A DNA stretch of 64,000 bases, from the NCBI GenBank assembly GCA_943788915.1, contig CALSSD010000003.1:74663-138662 (forward strand), in the 5' to 3' direction. Below are positions 60,791 to 64,000 of this stretch, piece by piece (position 1 is the stretch's first letter; every line of letters starts with the position of its first letter). The translations under genes were made by a program, and so were the position numbers. The DNA comes from an uncultured Acidimicrobiales bacterium (GTDB lineage Bacteria > Actinomycetota > Acidimicrobiia > Acidimicrobiales > UBA10347). The notes beneath the pieces are model-generated. The model saw nothing but the letters and a program-made list of their open reading frames with translations, was not told where the DNA came from and did not search any database.

Positions 60791-62095
60791 TCAATCGGCG
60801 ACCCATTCGACGTCGGCGCCGAGCGACCGCAGGTTTTCCACGAAGTTCGGGTGTGCCCGCCGCACCGGTGATGCATTGCGGATCACGGACTCTCCATCTA
60901 TGGTGGCGCCAACCATGAACAAGGCGATCGTGACTCGAATGATGTACGGGGCGTCGACGATCGCGGCCCGAAGATCGTTGCGTCCAAACACGATGATCCG
61001 GTGCGGATCACACACCGTGACCTTGGCCCCGAACTTGGCGAGCTCGGGGACCCAGCCAAAGGCGCCTTCATAGACCTTGTTCCAGAACAACATGTCGCCT
61101 TCGGCGACAGTCGCCAGGGCAACCACCGGTGGGATCAAATCGACCGGGAAGTACGGCCATGGGGCTCCCTCGACCTTTTGGAGCATATGTGAGGTTCGGG
61201 GCTGTTCGATCCGCAGCCGGTCCGTCGTTGACACTCGGGAGCCGGTCGGCGTGCGCTCAACCTCGACACCAAACTTTTCAAGCGTGCGATCCATCAGCGG
61301 GAAATGGTGCTGCACAGAGTGCTCGACACTGACGTCGCCGCCAGTCATAGCTCCAATGGCGAGGAAGGTGAAGATCTCGTGGTGATCATCGCTGACCTGC
61401 ACGTCGGCGCCAGCGAGCGATTCGACACCGTCGATCTTGAGCACTGATGTCCCGATGCCCTCGATCTTGGCGCCCATCTCGACGAGCACGGAACACAGGT
61501 CCTGGACGTGGGGTTCGCTAGCAGCGTTAACCAGTGTCGATGTGCCCTGGGCCAATGCGGCGCACATAACAAAGTGTTCGGTCGTGGTGACCGACGCGTA
61601 GTCGAGCCAATGCGCATTTGCCGAGAACGGGCCCTGGAGACGGATCTCTCGACGGTCACCCCATTCGATCGTGGCACCGAACCCCTCAAGAATGTCGAGA
61701 TGAGGATCGACCTCGCGGGCGCCGAGTGAACAGCCGGTGGCATCGTCGGTCACGTTGAGCGTGCCCACTCTGGCCAGCAGCGGCCCAAACAGCATCACGG
61801 AACTGCGCATGCCTGGGGGCAACGAGTCGATGACCGAACGAGCGTTCAAATCAGCTCCGCTATGGTTGACTTCAATCGTTTTGGCGTCGCGGTCCCATTC
61901 GACTCGCGAACCAAGTCCGAGGAAGAAATCGACGATCTTGTTCACATCGGTGATGTCGGGGGCATTCCGAACCGTCATCGTCTCATCGGTCAGAAGCGTG
62001 GCGCACAACATTGGTAGCACGGCGTTCTTGTTACCAGAAGGGGTGACGGCACCCGATAGTGCCTTGCCGCCTCGGACCAGAAGACTCTCGCTCAT
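60791..62095 (-). CDS. murA: UDP-N-acetylglucosamine 1-carboxyvinyltransferase
   Basis: SGNKNA, RSSV..GPLLAR, GCSLGARE (active-site Cys), SVTTTE, NAASEPHV, PWPYFPVD, LRSLGA. Confidence 0.93.
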   Translation of the reverse strand: MSESLLVRGGKALSGAVTPSGNKNAVLPMLCATLLTDETMTVRNAPDITDVNKIVDFFLGLGSRVEWDRDAKTIEVNHSGADLNARSVIDSLPPGMRSSVMLFGPLLARVGTLNVTDDATGCSLGAREVDPHLDILEGFGATIEWGDRREIRLQGPFSANAHWLDYASVTTTEHFVMCAALAQGTSTLVNAASEPHVQDLCSVLVEMGAKIEGIGTSVLKIDGVESLAGADVQVSDDHHEIFTFLAIGAMTGGDVSVEHSVQHHFPLMDRTLEKFGVEVERTPTGSRVSTTDRLRIEQPRTSHMLQKVEGAPWPYFPVDLIPPVVALATVAEGDMLFWNKVYEGAFGWVPELAKFGAKVTVCDPHRIIVFGRNDLRAAIVDAPYIIRVTIALFMVGATIDGESVIRNASPVRRAHPNFVENLRSLGADVEWVAD

Positions 62096-62194
62096 GGGGA
62101 GAGCATAGATCTCCTAGACAGTGCGGCGGCGCCGTAGAGGATCCTTCCCTAGCAGGGCGTGTGCAAACACCGCCGGTAAGATCGCCCCCACGTT

Positions 62195-63781
62195 ATGGCA
62201 CGTGTGGTCAATCAGCACCTGGTCGACCAGGAAGCACTGGAGCAGCTCAAGTCACCGCGAGTCGACTGGCTCGTTGCAGAGACGCCCGATGGTGATGGTT
62301 TTGGTTTCTCTGACGGACCGTTTACCCATTGGCGACGCACAATCGAAGTCGCCGACAATCCTGGCGCTGATGCCGACAAGGGCCTCGTGGCGGTTACTGA
62401 GACCATCGAGTACACGCTGGCCTTGCCCGTCTGGCGTTTTGGTGCCACGCCGCTGATCAGCTGGCAGCTGCGGCGTCCCCATCGAGTAGATGCTCCATTC
62501 TGGGCCCCGCCCGAGCGCTTCGACGCCAAAGGTTCGCAGTCGTTCGCCCTTCTGATCTTCGCTGCATTAGCAGCTGCCTATTTGGGCACATTGTTATCGC
62601 AGACCATCACCTTCGTTGCCGAAGAGTTCGACAAGGGAACGTCAACACAAGGCTGGGTCACGAGCATGACCCGTGGCGGCGCTCTGTTGGCTTTGGTCGT
62701 TGTCCGAGAGGCAGACCGCATCGGCCGTCGACGCATGTTGCTCCTAGCTGGCACATTATCCACAGCATTCGCAGTGGTCGCTGCGGTGTCGCCCAATATC
62801 TGGTTCTTCGGAGCGAGCCAGACCCTGTCTCGGGGTTTTGCGACCGGATTTGGCATTCTGATCGGCGTTATCGCAGCCGAAGAGTCACCCGCTGGTTCAC
62901 GGGCATGGATCACCTCGGTCCTCACCTTGTTTGCCGGTCTGGGATCAGGTGTTGTCTTATGGTTACTGCCGCTGGCGGGGACGGGTGTCCGTGCATGGCG
63001 GATCATCTTCCTTGCGGCTGTGCTGATCTTCCCGGTGTTGTGGGGTTTGTCGCGGCATCTCGAAGAATCGCGGCGGTTCCAGGCTCTGTCCGAACGTAAC
63101 GAACCGCCAGCCACGATCACACCGGTCATGAAACGACGCTTCGTCATGCTGGCCACAGTTGCTGTTGCACTATCGATGTTCTCGGCGCCGGCATCGAACT
63201 TCCAAAATGAGTATCTACGCGAATCCAGAGGTTTCTCGGCGACCCGCATAAGCCTGTACTCAGCGATCGTGAACACTCCGGTCGGTATTGGCGTTGCAAT
63301 CGCCGGGCCCCAGGCAGATCGGCGTGGCCGCCGCCTGGTCGGAATCATTGGGATCATCGGCGGCATCGGCTTTGCGGTTGTGCGTTACGGGTTCGGTGGG
63401 CCGCTGATGTGGATCGCCGGAAGCCTGGCCACGGTGATCGGCGCCGCGACTATTCCAGCACTTGGTGTGTACGGGCCAGAGCTATTCCCGACATCTCGAC
63501 GAGGATTAGCCAACGGGCTTCTCACCTGTGTTGCCGTCGTCGGCAGTGTGGTCGGTCTGATCTTTGTTGGCCAGGTCACCGAACACCTTGGTTGGAGCTT
63601 CGGCAAGGCGTTCGCAGTGTTGGCAGTCGTACCGCTGCTGGCAATCTTCGTCGTGGCCAGGTATCCCGAAACCGCACAACGAGCCCTCGAAGATCTCAAC
63701 CCCGAAGACCGTCCCGGCCCAAGCCAGCTTGGCCCGGCTCAGACCGATACAGACCCGGCCGGCCAGACGCCTCGATCGTAA
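62195..63781 (+). CDS. MFS transporter with an extra ~110-aa soluble N-terminal domain
   Basis: ADRIGRRR, EESPAGSRA, WRIIF, EESRRF, ADRRGRR, ELFPTSRRG, PET. Confidence 0.88.
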   Translation: MARVVNQHLVDQEALEQLKSPRVDWLVAETPDGDGFGFSDGPFTHWRRTIEVADNPGADADKGLVAVTETIEYTLALPVWRFGATPLISWQLRRPHRVDAPFWAPPERFDAKGSQSFALLIFAALAAAYLGTLLSQTITFVAEEFDKGTSTQGWVTSMTRGGALLALVVVREADRIGRRRMLLLAGTLSTAFAVVAAVSPNIWFFGASQTLSRGFATGFGILIGVIAAEESPAGSRAWITSVLTLFAGLGSGVVLWLLPLAGTGVRAWRIIFLAAVLIFPVLWGLSRHLEESRRFQALSERNEPPATITPVMKRRFVMLATVAVALSMFSAPASNFQNEYLRESRGFSATRISLYSAIVNTPVGIGVAIAGPQADRRGRRLVGIIGIIGGIGFAVVRYGFGGPLMWIAGSLATVIGAATIPALGVYGPELFPTSRRGLANGLLTCVAVVGSVVGLIFVGQVTEHLGWSFGKAFAVLAVVPLLAIFVVARYPETAQRALEDLNPEDRPGPSQLGPAQTDTDPAGQTPRS

Positions 63782-64000
63782 GCACGCCCTCGACGAAAAT
63801 GTCCTTGCCATTAACGTGGGCCACTCGTTCATCCCAGGTCTCGGTCAACTCAGGGGTGTCGGCTCCAGCTCGGTCTGCATCGGCACGAACGGCAACCTGC
63901 AGCCACTCAGTGGCGAACGCTAGGGCGTTCTCAACCGAACCGAAGGTGGCTTGATCCTCGAGGTGAACCCGAAACTGGCCTCGAGAGGGCTGAGTAATCG
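63696..64000 (-). CDS. C-terminus of a probable hydantoinase/oxoprolinase family protein (partial, enters from the right edge)
   Basis: Manual translation ITQPSRGQFRVH..A.RAGA..DIFVEGVLTIEASGRP..*; not in the ORF track. Confidence 0.6.
   Translation of the reverse strand, partial: ITQPSRGQFRVHLEDQATFGSVENALAFATEWLQVAVRADADRAGADTPELTETWDERVAHVNGKDIFVEGVLTIEASGRPGLYRSEPGQAGLGRDGLRG

Noticed and set aside
60791..62095. Fosfomycin-resistant MurA
   Set aside because: The active-site Cys is retained (GCSLGARE), not the Asp of resistant variants

Overview
High-GC chromosomal DNA, almost certainly actinobacterial and probably Acidimicrobiia-like (inferred from a PAC2 proteasome chaperone, F420-dependent LLM and PPOX enzymes, GuaB3, a TIGR03086 protein and sucCD-purH and guaB-guaA order). 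It is mostly housekeeping and metabolism: a mesaconyl-CoA C1-C4 transferase (mct, cut by the left edge and missing from the ORF track), a PAS-GGDEF-EAL protein, hrpB, a GpgS-like glycosyltransferase, purH, sucCD, udp, fbaA, pcrA, an OatA-like acyltransferase, guaAB, kynA, lhr, gatCAB, mnmA, a cysteine desulfurase, murA and two MFS transporters. I found no rRNA, tRNA, CRISPR array, integrase or transposase. Most unusual: (i) an in-frame chimera of the N-terminal third of a large NAD-glutamate dehydrogenase with a PLP-dependent decarboxylase; (ii) a divergent ribosomal protein S1 paralogue preceded by a ~460-nt highly structured region with cUUCGg and GAAA tetraloops; (iii) a PASTA Ser/Thr kinase lacking its catalytic Asp (pseudokinase); (iv) a decaying beta-propeller lipoprotein with two in-frame amber stops; (v) a DUF937-BON-fasciclin-OmpA envelope protein; (vi) deletion or duplication scars (a GGDEF remnant and a 16-bp insertion). 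Several 1-2 bp frameshifts in ordinary genes suggest residual assembly indels, so every disruption or fusion needs read-level confirmation. Family assignments come from motifs recognised by eye, not from database searches.
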